This document shows, piece after piece, positions 48,181 to 61,689 of a DNA stretch of 64,000 bases. Made by a program: the position numbers and the translations under genes. The stretch is from Amphiscolops sp. MND2022 (Eukaryota), in assembly GCA_964187785.1 (NCBI GenBank), contig OZ076411.1, positions 59,148,001-59,212,000 on the forward strand, in the 5' to 3' direction. The notes beneath the pieces are model-generated. The model was not told the origin of the DNA. It was given only the letters and a program-made list of their open reading frames with translations, and searched no databases. The first letter of the stretch is position 1; each line of letters opens with the position of its first letter.

Positions 48181-50260
48181 ATCAAAACAACTGGAATTAC
48201 TGATAACCACAAAACAAACACACCCGCTGCTCGGTCTCAGCTGGATGAAGGAACTGGGATTAACACTGAAAACGGAAACCCCACACCAGTCAATAAATAA
48301 CTTTAGCAGACCGGACCAAAGCAACAACAGTATCGACGCTGACATAGCAACACTCAAAAGTAAGTTCCATAAACTTTTTTACAGAAAACCATACGGTAAA
48401 AATGTAGAAGTTGACATCCAGCTAAAAGAAGGATCGAAACTGATTCAACAAAAAGGGAGACCTATCCCTATTCACTTACAGCCGCCAGTAGAAAAAAAAT
48501 TGAGAAACTAAAAAAAACAGGGTCACATCGAAAAAGCAAAAAACAATGACGAAAATTGTTTCGTAAGCCCCGCCGTCTTTACAAAAAAAAACAAATCAGT
48601 AAAAATAGCCCTGGACTCAACAAAATTAAACGAAATTACGATAAAAAGAAAGGCACAAATGCCAAACATGGAGGACCTAATATCCCGAATCTCCAGAAAA
48701 ATAGCGGACGGACCAGCCGACGAAATTTGGATCTCAAAATTCGACCTTGACTACGCGTACGGTCAACTAAAACCCTCAAGGAGAGCAATGGACCTATGCA
48801 TGTTTGCGGTAACCGGTGGCAACTTCACCGAATATTACCAGTTCCCAAAAGGTTTCTAGGGGCTGGCAGACATCCCCTCAATTTTTCAAGAAAAAATTGA
48901 CCAAACATTGGAAAACAAACACCCAGCGTGGCTAGACGATATAATCGTAGTAACAAAAGGCTCAAAGCAAAAACACATGGAAGAACTAATCGACGTGTTA
49001 ACAAAATTGGAAAACGCAGGAAACCGTCTCAGCGAAACGAAATCCGAATTTTTCAAAACGGAAATAGAGTGGATCGGTCACAAAATAGACCAAAACCGTA
49101 ACAGGACAAATTACTGGCGATAAAAGAACTAAAAGAACCAAAAAAAGAAAAAGAACTAAAGTCCTTTTTAGGAGCGATCCAGTATCCGTCCAAATACATT
49201 GAAAACCTCTCAGCTCAAACAGACATTTTGAGACAATTACTAAAAAAGGATAATGACTGGAATTGGACGACGAAACACACAAAAGCCGTTGAAAATTTAA
49301 AACAAAAAATCACGGAGATACCGTGTCTGGCACATTACAACTCAGACTATCCAAACATAACTACTACAGATGCGAGCACAAAGGGCCTCGGAGCCAAGCT
49401 CTGGCAAGAACAACCGGACGGAAAATTAAAACCGATCGGACTTGACAGTCGCTTCCTTTCTGACACGGAAACGAAATACGCAACGCAATCAAGGAATTGG
49501 AATTGTGAGCGGTAGTCTGGGGTCTAGAACACTTCACTTCCGCCTATAAATCTATGGAAAACCGATAAAATTACTCACAGACCACCAAGCAATCGAGCCT
49601 TTAATTAAACGCAACCGTTCAAACAAAACGTATAGCGCCAGACTAACAAGGTGGCTGGTCCGATTAGCTCACTTCTCAATTAACGTAAGCCATATAGCCG
49701 GTAAACACTTAGCACTCACGGATTATCTCAGTAGAAATCCGACCGCTCAACCACAAGCGGATGACGCATACGACGAAGAATACGTAATCAACAACATCGC
49801 GCCGCATCTCAAATTTATGAACAACGCGAGAACTTACGTAACAAACCGAAACAATCCAAAACGCGTGATCAAACTGCCATTGCTTGCCCTAATCGACCAA
49901 GAAATAGCTGCGCATACTCTACAATGGATAATTCAAACTCAATTATGGACGCGCATACCATTGACAATCTTGAACTAACCGATCCTTCCGCGGAAACTAA
50001 AAATCTCATCGCACGAGATATAGTGAAACCGGGAGTATACAGAATGTCCGGTGGTCGTTGGAAAAAATACCATGACCCGAGATTCTTACGAAATGAAAGA
50101 AAGATCATCATAGAACAACTCCAAATCGCATTTAGAAATTCACGAAATAAAACCTCAAACCAACCCGAATGCTTTCAACCACAAGAAAAAAATAACAAAA
50201 CCAAAATTTGGTAGTGCCTGTTCTGAAAAAAACCCAACTAGCTATTTCGGGTATAAATCA
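48181..50260 (+). pseudogene. RT and RNase H remnants
   Basis: WISKFDLDYAYGQ; WLDDII at about 48930; TTDASTKGLGA; DYLSRNP; multiple frameshifts; no HHCC or DDE segment found. Confidence 0.85.
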
Positions 50261-51655
50261 TACCGTAACAACAGCCGATAACAAAAATTTACATAAAAGA
50301 ACATGAGTAAACCAGTTTCTGAAATTACACAGGAGCCAAACAACAGAGGAACTGGACCACGCGGACCGGATGGCCGATTCACAAAATCACCTCGAACCTT
50401 CAACATACACTACCCGGACAGCGAATCCGAAGATACGGAACCGGAGTCACCGGTAGCAGTCACCCCCAAGAAGAGTTACTCTGGGAAGAGGACGCCCCCT
50501 AAAATTGGTCAGAAACCGGTTAGGTTCGGCCTCACCCGGGGGATCATCACCAACGGTCCAATCACAAACCACATTTGGACCAATGACCATAGTGACGGAA
50601 AACATGACAACCGAAGCTGTCGACCGCGCTATTGAAGTCGCTAGGGAAGCGGACACAGAAATACACCTCAAAGATCCTAACGGTAAGGTTTCTCATAATA
50701 TTATAAAATCCCCTGGAAGAGGGGAGGAAGAGGAAGATGAACTAGAAAATTCCGATCTAGAACCTTAGTAAGCAACCTTAGTTCGAGTACTGAAATAGAA
50801 CAAGAAACAAAAGAACACAACTTACGCAGATCAAAATGCTTAACAAAAACTAACCCAATAATTAGACTGAATAATCCAGTACCTTCTGATTACAGGAAAT
50901 ACCGTCAAAAGGCTCAACCAAGAAGCGAGCCCAACCAACGAGTGAATACATCCAAACGGCAAGCTTGTCCGGAGGAACTTCTCAATGACCGGACCATACC
51001 AAATGACGCGACCGGAGAAACCGTTGCAACACAAAGCTTGGGTCGGCCTACCGCCCACAAGCAAAACTCGTTCCCCCAATTGGACAACAACTACCCAATC
51101 ATGGAGGGGGGAATGAAGAATGAGAAGAATTTAGAGGACAAACTATGAGACGCTATTTAATCTATATAATTAGTCTCAACTACCTGTTAACATCTCATTC
51201 CTATTTATGTCTTATTTAAACTCAGTAGACTTGAAATAGCTTGAAAAGTTTTGTCACAAACTAAATTCTTGTAACTTCACATTACAACAAATGGAATTAT
51301 CACTTTCACTGTTTCAGGTGCTATCAGGTATAACTTGACAGTCAATCATAATTTGAGTCAATCAATTTAGTTGTTTTCCAATATTGTACAAAAATTCATC
51401 GTTTTCGATGCGGTATATTTCCGTTTTTAGTTTTTCGAATCCTATCATTTGGGTTGCATATTCTAATTCTAAGCAATTCGATTGTATAAACCGGCAATAC
51501 ATAGAGTACATTTCATTTCCGAGATCAGATTTTAATTCATTTCGTCTTGAGAAATTTGTCTGTTAGGATAAGACTTTTTCATCTTTTCTCGTTTCGACGG
51601 AGAGTGATCTTGAACGCACTTGATTCTCAGTGGAAAATAAAAATTGTGAACAAAC

Positions 51656-51725
51656 CTTTGCCATGTCAACCATTTGATTGGCTTGGTCGAATAGTTTCCG
51701 CTGATCAATTTTCGTTTTCCTCAAT
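51656..51725 (-). CDS. KCNN: SK/KCNN exon (calmodulin-binding domain, LRKTKIDQRKLFDQANQMVDMAK)
   Basis: tttcag|A...AAG|gtttgt; 70 nt; phase 2 in, phase 0 out, as the neighbouring exons require. Confidence 0.92.
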
Positions 51726-52442
51726 CTGAAACAAACAATTCTGATAGATTTCTAAGCAAACCCATTAGAGCTCTTGAATAACGCAACACGATAGCCGAGA
51801 AAGTCAAGTTTCAGATTCGAAATAATGTCATAACAGTTGAAAAAATCTTTCAAAAACGATTCAACAGAATAATTGAAAACGTATTTTTGAAGAAAAAAAC
51901 ATTAAACGGTTCTCCAGAAACGTCTATATGATCACTGGCCCCCTTTAGATCTCAGATTTGTAGAACTTTTCGTGAAACACTTTTGGTCTACACAAGACTT
52001 TTAGAAAATGAAAAAAAAAACAACGGAGAAAAGGCTATAGCTGAAGTATACTGAAAAGGCTATAGTATACTGAAGTAGTCGCGTTCTATTTTAAAATTTG
52101 TTTGAGCTCTAAAAAAAACAGTTCGAATGCCAAATTTAGAAAAGTCAAATGCCCTTCCAATTGTGTTTTAACATTGTCCTTCCTTGGAAGCTTGTCTGTG
52201 TAAACTGAGATTGAGCTCAATTGACAACAAAGAAAAAAGAAATTGGGAATTACAAATAAAACCCTTTTAACTCAGAAACGTTGAAGAGCGTTTCCGTTGC
52301 TATCATTATCGGCTGACTGTTATTATTTTCCCCATGCACAAATTTATTTGTGTAAGGGGAAGAAAATCACCATCTATGCAGCGTTGTTCCAAATTCTGCT
52401 AAATCTCCAGTTTATACCTCCATTCAGTATGCGGATGTTCTA

Positions 52443-52514
52443 GTCACCATGGCCCAGTTGTTAGTGCGTCCGATAGCAAACAGGAGGTCGTGGGTTCGAA
52501 CCCGAGCTGCAGCC
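52443..52514 (+). other. tRNA-derived pseudogene or SINE head (Ala-AGC-like)
   Basis: A box tggcccagttg; B box ggttcgaaccc; anticodon and acceptor stems pair poorly. Confidence 0.5.
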
Positions 52515-52749
52515 TGAAATCTTTGTGGCGGAAATTATCCCTGTGCTTCGCGGGCGTCTTGTATTAAAAACAACTCGAGTCTAATCACTTTTGACAATCG
52601 TCGTGATTTCAAAAGCCAATCATCAAGCATCATATGGGTACCGTGCAATTGGACGACCGCTCAGTTAGACGATTGTGCAATTGATCGAGTTTGAAAGTAT
52701 TCCTTCTTCAGTTCCGCTGACTAATTGTTGTGATTATGTAATCAGAATA

Positions 52750-53400
52750 TGCTAACGATGTAATCGTGTTTTTTGCCGAACAAGACTATAGCCGCTTGCA
52801 ATTATAATCGAATCTACTTGCAATAGCTTTAGTTTCTTCTGACTGCGTTTAGTTGTAATGTAATAGTTACGAAACCAACGCTTCTGTATCGAATAATTTA
52901 GTCAAATAAATGTGAGATTTCAATTCTGTTCGGCTATAACACTATTCGTCTTCAATCTCGCTCGGCAGTAATGCATGCCACCTTCTAGCTAGGCTGGTTC
53001 AACCAATAATATTTTAGAAGCAGCCGATGCTCTTCAAATTTATCGATGGGTTTGTTGAGCGGTCGTCCAATTAGGCTAGACTCAGCACCATATACAATCA
53101 TGTAGATCAAAAAGTTAATGCAACAGGTATGTTTTTCCTAGTACTTCCAAGCTGAAAAAGTGTTTCTGTGATTACGATGTGAAAACTTGTCGTAAAACAT
53201 TGCCTATTCGGCATGATCTTGAAAATATCGTCTCAAACTTGGGCTCAAATGGCGGAGATCTACTCTGAGACTGGCATTTCATTCTATTTCGGTTTGAATG
53301 AAAGACATATCTGGAGAAACTTTATCATTCTTTTTTTTGATAAGGGATTTTATCATTCTTTCAATTAACTTTCATCACAAGCCAACATTCCATCGAATGG
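52750..53400 (-). pseudogene. Possible LINE RT C-terminal relic
   Basis: IVYGAESS resembles the LLYGxExW motif; otherwise full of stops. Confidence 0.25.
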
Positions 53401-53556
53401 ACAAATGAAAATTGAGTCAAAGAGCCGACACGAATCAATTGATTGATTCAAAGGTGTTCACTCCAAGTTTGGTTTTCAAACTTGAATGAATTGTGCTGTT
53501 GTTTTCACAAGCTATAATATCAACGTCGATTTAATGGCGTGTCAGCTTGCTGCACC

Positions 53557-55461
53557 TGTCGCAGGCTGCCGCCTGTGATGGCACCAAAATCACTACCACC
53601 ACCACATGTCAGGAATCGGCACCAGGCACTCTGCCCAAATTTTAAAACTCAAACTGTTAAAACTTTTACCTTGATTTTATTCTCTTAAAATCTGATGTTG
53701 CTAGTTGTTTCCATTTTCTTTACTTGTATATATTGATTAGTCTTTAAATATTACAGTTTGGCAAAGCTAAAGTGAATGTTGAAAATAGCAGTATATGTGC
53801 TATGCGTAAAATTAGAAGCAGTACGAATTGAAAGCAACTGTAATGCAGCAAAGGAAACGTGTTCGAGTGATGTACAGTGCTACGCCGGAAACGTCACTTG
53901 AGCACGTTGTCCTGTCCGATCAGAGTGCATAATTTACTTTGTTCTCATTACGTAAACTTGTGGCCGAGTAACGCCAGTTGACGCAACTTTGCTCTCCTCA
54001 CTTAGCTTCCTAGTCAAATGGCCGAGCCCGGCTACTTCATGCAAAATAAAGTTGAACCACCAATCAAGCATGTAATTAACCAGTACTATGTAATTAACCA
54101 GCGTACTAATACTTTCTGTACCAACTAAACGCCTTTGTGCAGAAATAATATTTCATACTTGTTATTAATTGCTAGTCAAGAACACTTTACAATGTTTACT
54201 GATGCTTGTTTAGTACAAGGCTGTTGACCTATTTTGGCCTTTGTTATTGGGTTGTCTTTTAAACGAATAGCCATACGGGGCTGTTTTCCTTGTTTTCATT
54301 CATTTATAATGCATGCAACAATGTTATTATTTTGTCAATATTACGCATCCGCGTAAGGACGGGACTCTTAATAGCTTACATTCTGTTTATTGTAAACACT
54401 TCAGAAATGTTAAAATTGATGTGCTATCAAAATGTAGTTTGTTTGATGTAGTAAAATTGAATTCCTCCGCCTCTCTTTGATGGCAAGTTTGATGATTGAA
54501 AAATGTATTTGGGTGTATTTCCACACCTTATGAAGACCTAAAACAATGTGACTATGAATGGATTGCGTGTAAATTCAATTCATCCATATCAGGATAGATT
54601 CCTGAACCACTTTGATGTAGCCGTCAACGCTGAAATGTTGTTGGTAGGTGACCATGATCATGTGCTTTTTATGAAGATTTGTATATAGTTAGTAATGTAA
54701 AGAATGTCAGTGTCATCCTCTCAAGGGTTTATATACTAGTATTTTCCCTGAGAGGGACACAAGTTGCTTTATTCTTTTCCAGTTCAGTTTATTTTTATTC
54801 AGTTTTGAAGTATCACGTATAAATCACGTTTTCTGGTCAAACGAAATTATTATTTTGCTCGGATTTTCCTCAATGTCTACAACCAGGAAACAAAAGAAAG
54901 CTAGAAAGTCGAGGGGACTTGAAATGTTCTCAGATATCGAAAATCTAGATATCATGTTGAGAGCAAATCATATTGATACAAGAGAAAGAGATGAGAGTCT
55001 AAACAGTAAGCTAGCCAGAAGGCAGGAAAGTGTTATCAGTGATGATCTTGAAAATAATCAAGAAAATACACATGTAAACCCAAGAAATATCAACTCAGGT
55101 AATAGCGCTGAGTTCGGCCGCAATTCAGCCACTGCTAACTCTAGTGCTGAGGTTAACAGACTGTCAAGTGAGTTAAATTCTCGAATATCTCGAGAGATGG
55201 ATGAAATGATGAACTCGGTCAGTGTCCAGATTCAAAGGGCCATTAATGACCCAATAAGCAATCAGGTTTTACCTCAAATACAAAATGTCATCAGGGCCGG
55301 CTCAGAAAAGGTGACCAAAAATGGATGGGACGTTCCGTCCGAGAGACCGGAAGTTAATTCCGAAGGTCTGCGAAGTGATAAGGCCAGGAATGAAGTGAGA
55401 AATTAACAAGCTCGCGGTCGTCAATTGAATGATCATCCTGATGATCGTAACGCTTATGACA
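53557..55461 (+). mobile_element. Solo LTR (1905 bp) in an SK intron, with Gag N-terminal ORF 54855-55406
   Basis: TGTCGCAGGCTGCCGCCTGTGATGG...cttatgaCA; TSD gcacc at 53552 and 55462; MSTTRKQKKARKSR...EMFSDIENLDIML. Confidence 0.92.
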
Positions 55462-58100
55462 GCACCACCTCCAAGTACATGTATATCATGAAAGCTTTAT
55501 GCGACAATGAGAAAATCTTCAAGTTTTCTTCAGATATGTGTTTCATAGAAAGCGAATGTAATAAAACTGCAAACTTGAGTACTGTTTTGATATTACGTAA
55601 TATCACAACAGTACTCAAGTCAACCATTTCATTAAATTTTTTTCAGCTGTTTTGGACAGGCAGTTATGACGTTAACCTCTTATTTTACATTAATAAACTC
55701 AATTCCGTACGTTTTAAATGACATGAAATGTACGGAACCCCGCAGCGATTGATCTAATGAAATTACACCCTTCAATCGACAAAGCACATGAATAACGTCA
55801 TAAAAAATGTATGCTATCATAGGATAGCAATGACGTCATAATTGACAAAACAGTAACGCCACCCTTGAAATTGAATCTATTTTGAAATTTATTGAAAGCA
55901 GCTTGTATCGAAATCCTTTACGTCATCAAATAACAGAAACAGTCGAAGGGGCTCAAAGTTTATCTTGATGAAATTCTGACCAAATGCTTGCAATTGAGGA
56001 AAATTGCGAAATACAAAACAAACTGATCATTCTTGTCAATTTATATCAAAGTATCAAGCTACTGAGACTTTGGAATAAACCGGGTTTCAACCCAAAATCC
56101 CAGCTGCAATATCACCAGCGAAGTTGCACGAGTTTCGTTTGTCAATCAATCTGAGTATTTTACTCAAATCCTTGCAAAAGCATTTTCAAGGCGTTTTTGT
56201 GAAAAATTTTTCTGGCCCCGGACAACAAATAACCTCAATTGTAGAGCTAAGAAACGGGTGACTTTCCACATGGAAAACCTTTTTCATTTTTTTCAAATGA
56301 CGGTCTCAAACTGCGTGTTCCTTACGAACACATCACAAGATGAATACCCGAAATTGTCAATTTATACGGCAATCCAAAGTACAGGTTGCGTCTTAATTGG
56401 ATATATTTATCTAATCAAAGAGGTTTTTTTGTTTGCTTGTTGTTTTTGTTTTTGTTTGTGTTTGTTTTTGTTGTTTGAAATATTCAATTGAATAAATTGT
56501 TTTTGTTCATGTCAGTCTCTTAACCATAGCTAAGTTGAAAATATATATATTTTTTTTTCATTTCAACTGCTAGTCAATTCAGTTGACGTGTAGTTCCTTA
56601 GAACAAGATTATGTGGCATGATGCGACTAGAGTGAATTTACTCTGTGCTATGTTGTGTTAGGCAAACGAATCTAAATTAGTTTTTCCGCATGAAAGAGAA
56701 ATTTTTATTGTTGAGGCTTTTTCTGCGAGCCAAGTCATGCAAAGCAACCCCTTCAGACGAGCCATTTTTTCTTTTTTGTTCGGGTGGTTGTTTATTAAAA
56801 TAGATCAATGGAAAAGAGTTTTTGTTGGGGAGAAACAAGAGAAACAAACAATTAGATGAAATGCGCCGTTGCCCAGACGTCAAATTCCGCAGGTCATTTT
56901 TTGTTTCCTTTCTTTTCCAAATCAGTAAAAGATGAAAAAGATGTTGCATTTTGTGGTAAACAAGCAAAGAAGTCAGCTACTGATAGCTCTATTGGGCCAA
57001 TTAATTAAATATCGTTTCGTCGCATGAAAACGTTTGTGTTCCGTTTGTGCGCAGTCTCTGATACAGAACTTCACAGAATTATCGTTTGCAAAAAGAGAAT
57101 GAAGCTTTTTTCCCGAAATGATTATAAAGCAATAGTATCAATTCGACAGACAAATGCGGACACTCAAAGGAATATTATTAAGAGATTATTTTTTTGAAAA
57201 ACTTGCAGACATTGTTTCTTTTTTCATGAACTTAATTTCCTCCGAACATTGATTTCTTTGTTTGCTTTAGGTTTTACTTGAAACATTTAAATTTGGGCTG
57301 AAGGCAACGACAGAGTTGTTCATAGTCCTTCGATAGCAGACGACGAGCAGGAATAATGTCTAACTTGCAAAACGGGAATTGCGTCTAAAGCCAAGTCATG
57401 CTAATTGCCTATCTTTATACATTGACGTTTTGATGTTATTCCTTCAGACGCTATTCCCGAAGCAATTTTTTTAGACGTTATTACTTAAACGTTAATCCCG
57501 TCTCTGATATCAAAACTGTTAAAGTTGGATTGACTCAGATGTAAGTTTGAGCATCGACAGTTTACGACAAGCCAACCTACAAAGTCTGGAGTTTCGTTCA
57601 TCAAAATCAGTAATACTGGAAAATTGTTCAATACTGGAATTGTAATACTGGAAAATCAAGTTCAAGTATTTTCTAGTTTCAGGCAATCACCATAATATAA
57701 GTCGTTTTCGGAAGGTGAAATTGAATATACCTTTTTTCAAACTTTGAATATTGAATGACTATTCAGACATGCTCAACTATATCTATCGGATCCTGACTAT
57801 ATTTCGATGACTTGGATCCCGAGAGCATCGAAAGCTTTTGAAAAACTTTTCAGTTAAGCAACGTTGAATTCAATTTTGTGAATGAAACTTTAATCATTGT
57901 GAATATTTATTCATGTTGAAATATTTCATTAATTGTAATTATTTAGTTTTTCTAGTGCAATTTATAAACTTTATGGGTTTGAAAAAGATCGTAAAACAAT
58001 TTATGGAAGCTTGTTCCTTCGGGAAATTTTTTTTGGTTTCAATGAGATCCATAGATGTTTATAGACATATTGGTAATTAAGTGGCGCTGTAAGTACTAAC

Positions 58101-58228
58101 GTGTGGATAGCCCTGAGAAAGAGTCGTTGATGATTTCGGATGGTGCGGGTGCTGGGTTTGTTGGACAGGTGAGTGTTTTTATAGATGAACCACGTCTCCC
58201 TCAACACGTTCGCAGCTGCCGACTTCAA
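58101..58228 (-). CDS. KCNN: SK/KCNN exon (Ca[22 protein letters not shown]...[10 protein letters not shown])
   Basis: gtttag|TTG...AC|gttagt; 128 nt; signature [10 protein letters not shown]. Confidence 0.95.
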
Positions 58229-60019
58229 CTAAACACACAACACCCCAACTGAACAACGAAAACAACAACTTCTCCAAAGGCCGTACACCACTCCTTTACT
58301 GTATAGCCAGCCCATTATAACTTTTTGTACTTATAAATTGGCACAGCATTGAAAGATAACAGAACAGTGTCGTCTAAAGTCAGCGTACTGCTTAAACCTC
58401 AAAAAGCACTGGGAATTTTGAATATGCGCAGGGGTGGATTTTAAGAGAGTTCTGGAAAAATTCCAAAAAAATTCACAAAGCGGAAAGTATCAGAAGGGTT
58501 CCTTTCAGGTTCAAAAGACGCTTTTCTTTCGTTTAAAACTTCTAAAAAAACCAAAACGTTGATTTTTCCCGAAAATCTACACAGTGCCCAACAAACCCTG
58601 AAAGAGCCTGAGTGACGTTTTGACTTCGCCTGCCTTTGAAAACGTGAAAAACTATTTTAACCAACTAGGTATTTGAACCCACGGTTGCTAAGCACGGAGA
58701 CCAAGAGGCAAACGAACTGCGTTGAATAGTGTTGAATACCATTCAAATATATTCAGTGGTCTGGCTCGTCAAAGTAACAGTCGGGCACGTTTTAAAATTT
58801 CCGCCCTGTATTTCAATAAGAGGCAAAGATAATTATTGAATCAGCAGTTTTTTTGCAAACTTTTTAGAAGATAGAAAGAAGTTCGTCCACACAAATCAAA
58901 CTGTTGTTTTTGACAACTCCGTGATCGATATAATATTCTTGGCCATCAGCGCAACTTCGAATAAGTCGAACTTTTGCCAATCTAATTGCGGTGCTTTTGC
59001 GGCGTCAGCCCAGTATATGGGTAATCCTGCTATTGCTATTGCTGGGGTGGCCCGGCTAGTTCGACTCGCAGCGCCATGTTGTAATTTAACAATTTCGATG
59101 TAATTGCCTTTAGAATTTCAGTAGGATGTTAACACGTACTTTTATTTACTTTTATTTTAAGGAAAAGAACGAGAAACAATACTGTAGTCTAGAAAGACCA
59201 TGTGGCAACTGGACTGACCTCTAAACTATGGGTCTATACTTTACTACTTTACTGGCATCTAAATTATACATATTTGTAAACAACTTTTTCGAACTAGATA
59301 GGGTTTGTACAAATGTCACCCAAATGTCAAATGTTTTAATTGGTAGTTTTCATTCTGCATTTTTTTCTGTTGAGCCCTGCGATACATAAAAAAGTAGTTG
59401 CATGTGTATTTGTGGAGATACACTTCTACGTTTTTGTGAAAATGACCGAAAATGACAAACATCATCTACTTAGGATACATTTGTCAAGACAATGAAAGAA
59501 TGGTGGAGCTTCAATCAATTAAAAACTCCTTCACTTTCAATTGTCCATAATTTATTGCTTTTTCAATTGCTCTTTATTTTTTGGAAGATCTAACGTAGTG
59601 ATTAGAAGATTTTCGTGCCGTTTCGGGTTCAAATTTTTCTGAGCTCATCATTGGTGGGCCTTAAGGAAGTCCTTCATCACTAGTATGTATGTATGTTCAA
59701 GACAAAAAACACGCAATAAGCAGTCAGACTTTTGAGACCTCGAGCAAGTTACTTTCGAGCACGACAGTTTCATGCAGTTGGTTCACAAATTGGTTTCTTG
59801 TGTATCCAGAACGTTTAACAATAAAACGATTAGCTATCAAGGTAAATGTGTAGAGAAATTGAAACTTTGTTTCAAAAATAGGTATAAAAAAAAGAACCAA
59901 ACGACTTCTTTTTCTGTAGTTTTTGCGTGTTAGGGTTGGTTCTGTTGGTATGAGTTTCCATAGAATTCAAAAACAAAATGTTTAGCTACTTAGCGTTCTC
60001 TTGTACAGAGTAATCCGGG

Positions 60020-60730
60020 GTTGACACTCTTACCAGCATCTTGGCAGCCATGGCAAGATCTTGGAAATTCTTACTACATCTTGGCAACCATGGAACCCGT
60101 GGCAAGGTTCTTACTAAGATCTTACTAAGAAGCATCATTATCCCAAGATCGTAGTTTATTACGATGGACAAAATTCTAAGATTATAAAAAACATTATACC
60201 TTCGGTACAAGCACGCGAGACTCAGTTTAAAGGCTCATTTCACCCAACAACGACTATTTCTACTCGTTTTCAAAATCCAAATGCTTCAACCTGCTGAAAA
60301 ACCTTTGCATGCAAAATTGGTGCAGAAAATTACGATAACGTATTCTGGCTTCCGAAATTCTAACGAGAATCCTAATAACTCGTCACCTGTTTAAGACTGA
60401 GAAATGCGAATGCACCAAATGAAAGATCATTTCAAGGGCTGTTCACTGTTGTAAAACAACTTATCACTCCTGTTGATTCCAGAGACAAAGAAAAAAAATC
60501 CAGAGCGACTATCGGAAAGTTACACCGAAAGTTACATGTTGATTTTTGTTGACGTCGTTTCAGATATTTTCTGGCCAAATAGGATTTTACAATAAAATTT
60601 TTCTTGCGAACATGGCTCTCTTGATAAGATCTTACCATGGCAAAATGAATACCATGGCAAGATCTTAGCCAAGATTGTTCCAAGATCTTGCAAAGATCTT
60701 GTCAAGATCTTACTAAGATATCCATGATGG
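60020..60730. repeat. Two clusters of AAGATCTT/CCATGG short degenerate repeats
   Basis: About 60020-60130 and 60620-60730. Confidence 0.7.
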
Positions 60731-61150
60731 CAATTGAAAAACACATCTTGAGAGCACTGATATTCTCAGGGTTGAACGTTTCCTGTGCCCAATCTCTACA
60801 GAAATTCAACCTTGATCGATTTTTAATCATTTTCAGTAAAAAAAATTTCTCCTCAAATAGTAATCCTTAAAATAATTTTGTTTCAAGGACTGCGTCTAAA
60901 GCAGAATTTCAATTCAGATATCTAATGAATTAATTCATAAAAATCTTGTTTGTGCTCGAGATATTCGGAAAACTGCTACATTTGTTTCAAAAGCAATGAC
61001 TCATAGTCATTTGAGAAATAATGATGTTTCGGAAAAATGGATCTGAATGAGAGGCTTTATCTCCATTTTTGAAAATATTTTTAGAAAACGACCAATTTTA
61101 AAAACTGCCAGTGAACTATCATATATTTTTCACTTTGATGTTTGGAATTT

Positions 61151-61689
61151 TTAGTCGGCGCTTTTCAAAGAAAAACGCAGACTATAGTAGTAACTTTTTT
61201 TTAAAAGACCAACGAACTGACAGATTTTATAAATTTTATAAGTTGGCACTAACACTAAACCGGCACTAACACTAAACCGTGTCACACTACTTCACTGCCA
61301 CTTGGCCACTGCGGCTTTTTCGAGGTCTGACAAGCAGAAGGACATAGGTTCGAGTCCCGCCATGACCAAAAATTTTTTGTGCAAATTTTTTTCGACTTTG
61401 TGAGACTTTTTTCGCAAATATCTCCAAAGGGTCCACCCTTCATGTTTTTGTCTATTTTGCAAAAGAATGGATGTTAAAAAACTCCCAAAGGGCCCCATTT
61501 TACATGTTTCGGCACTATGCGACTTACAGGTGACCAAAAAATTTTTTGAAAAATTTCAAAAAAAATCGGAATTTTTTTTCAATTTTTCCTCAGACGGGTA
61601 CTGTAGAAGAGAAAACTTGACACTTTGAAGTCCTTTTGTTATTTTTGAGCCTTAGATATGGCGCCGACTTGGGCCGTTCCCGGCTTGTT
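61151..61689 (+). mobile_element. Complete ~540-bp Helentron/HINE-like element in an SK intron
   Basis: ttAGTCGGCG...gactatagt; tRNA-like ggttcgagtcc near 61348; ends CGCCGACT-tgg-GCCG ttcc CGGC-ttgtt; T-rich insertion site; no TSD. Confidence 0.8.

Larger units (their letters stand above)
46723..51289 (+). mobile_element. Ty3/Gypsy element (4567 bp) with short LTRs and no integrase, inside an SK intron, antisense to the host gene
   Basis: LTRs 46723-46895 and 51114-51289 (TG...CA); TSD aatgg; PBS TGGCGCAGTC at 46896; PPT ggaggggggaa at 51103-51113. Confidence 0.93.

Noticed and set aside
58427-58808. CAGGG-ended segment as a hAT MITE
   Set aside because: Terminal similarity is short and imperfect and the flanks (aatatgcg vs tatttcaa) give no TSD.
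60020-60730. Short AAGATCTT repeats as a CRISPR-like array
   Set aside because: No constant repeat with unique spacers of even length; intronic eukaryotic context; degenerate minisatellite.
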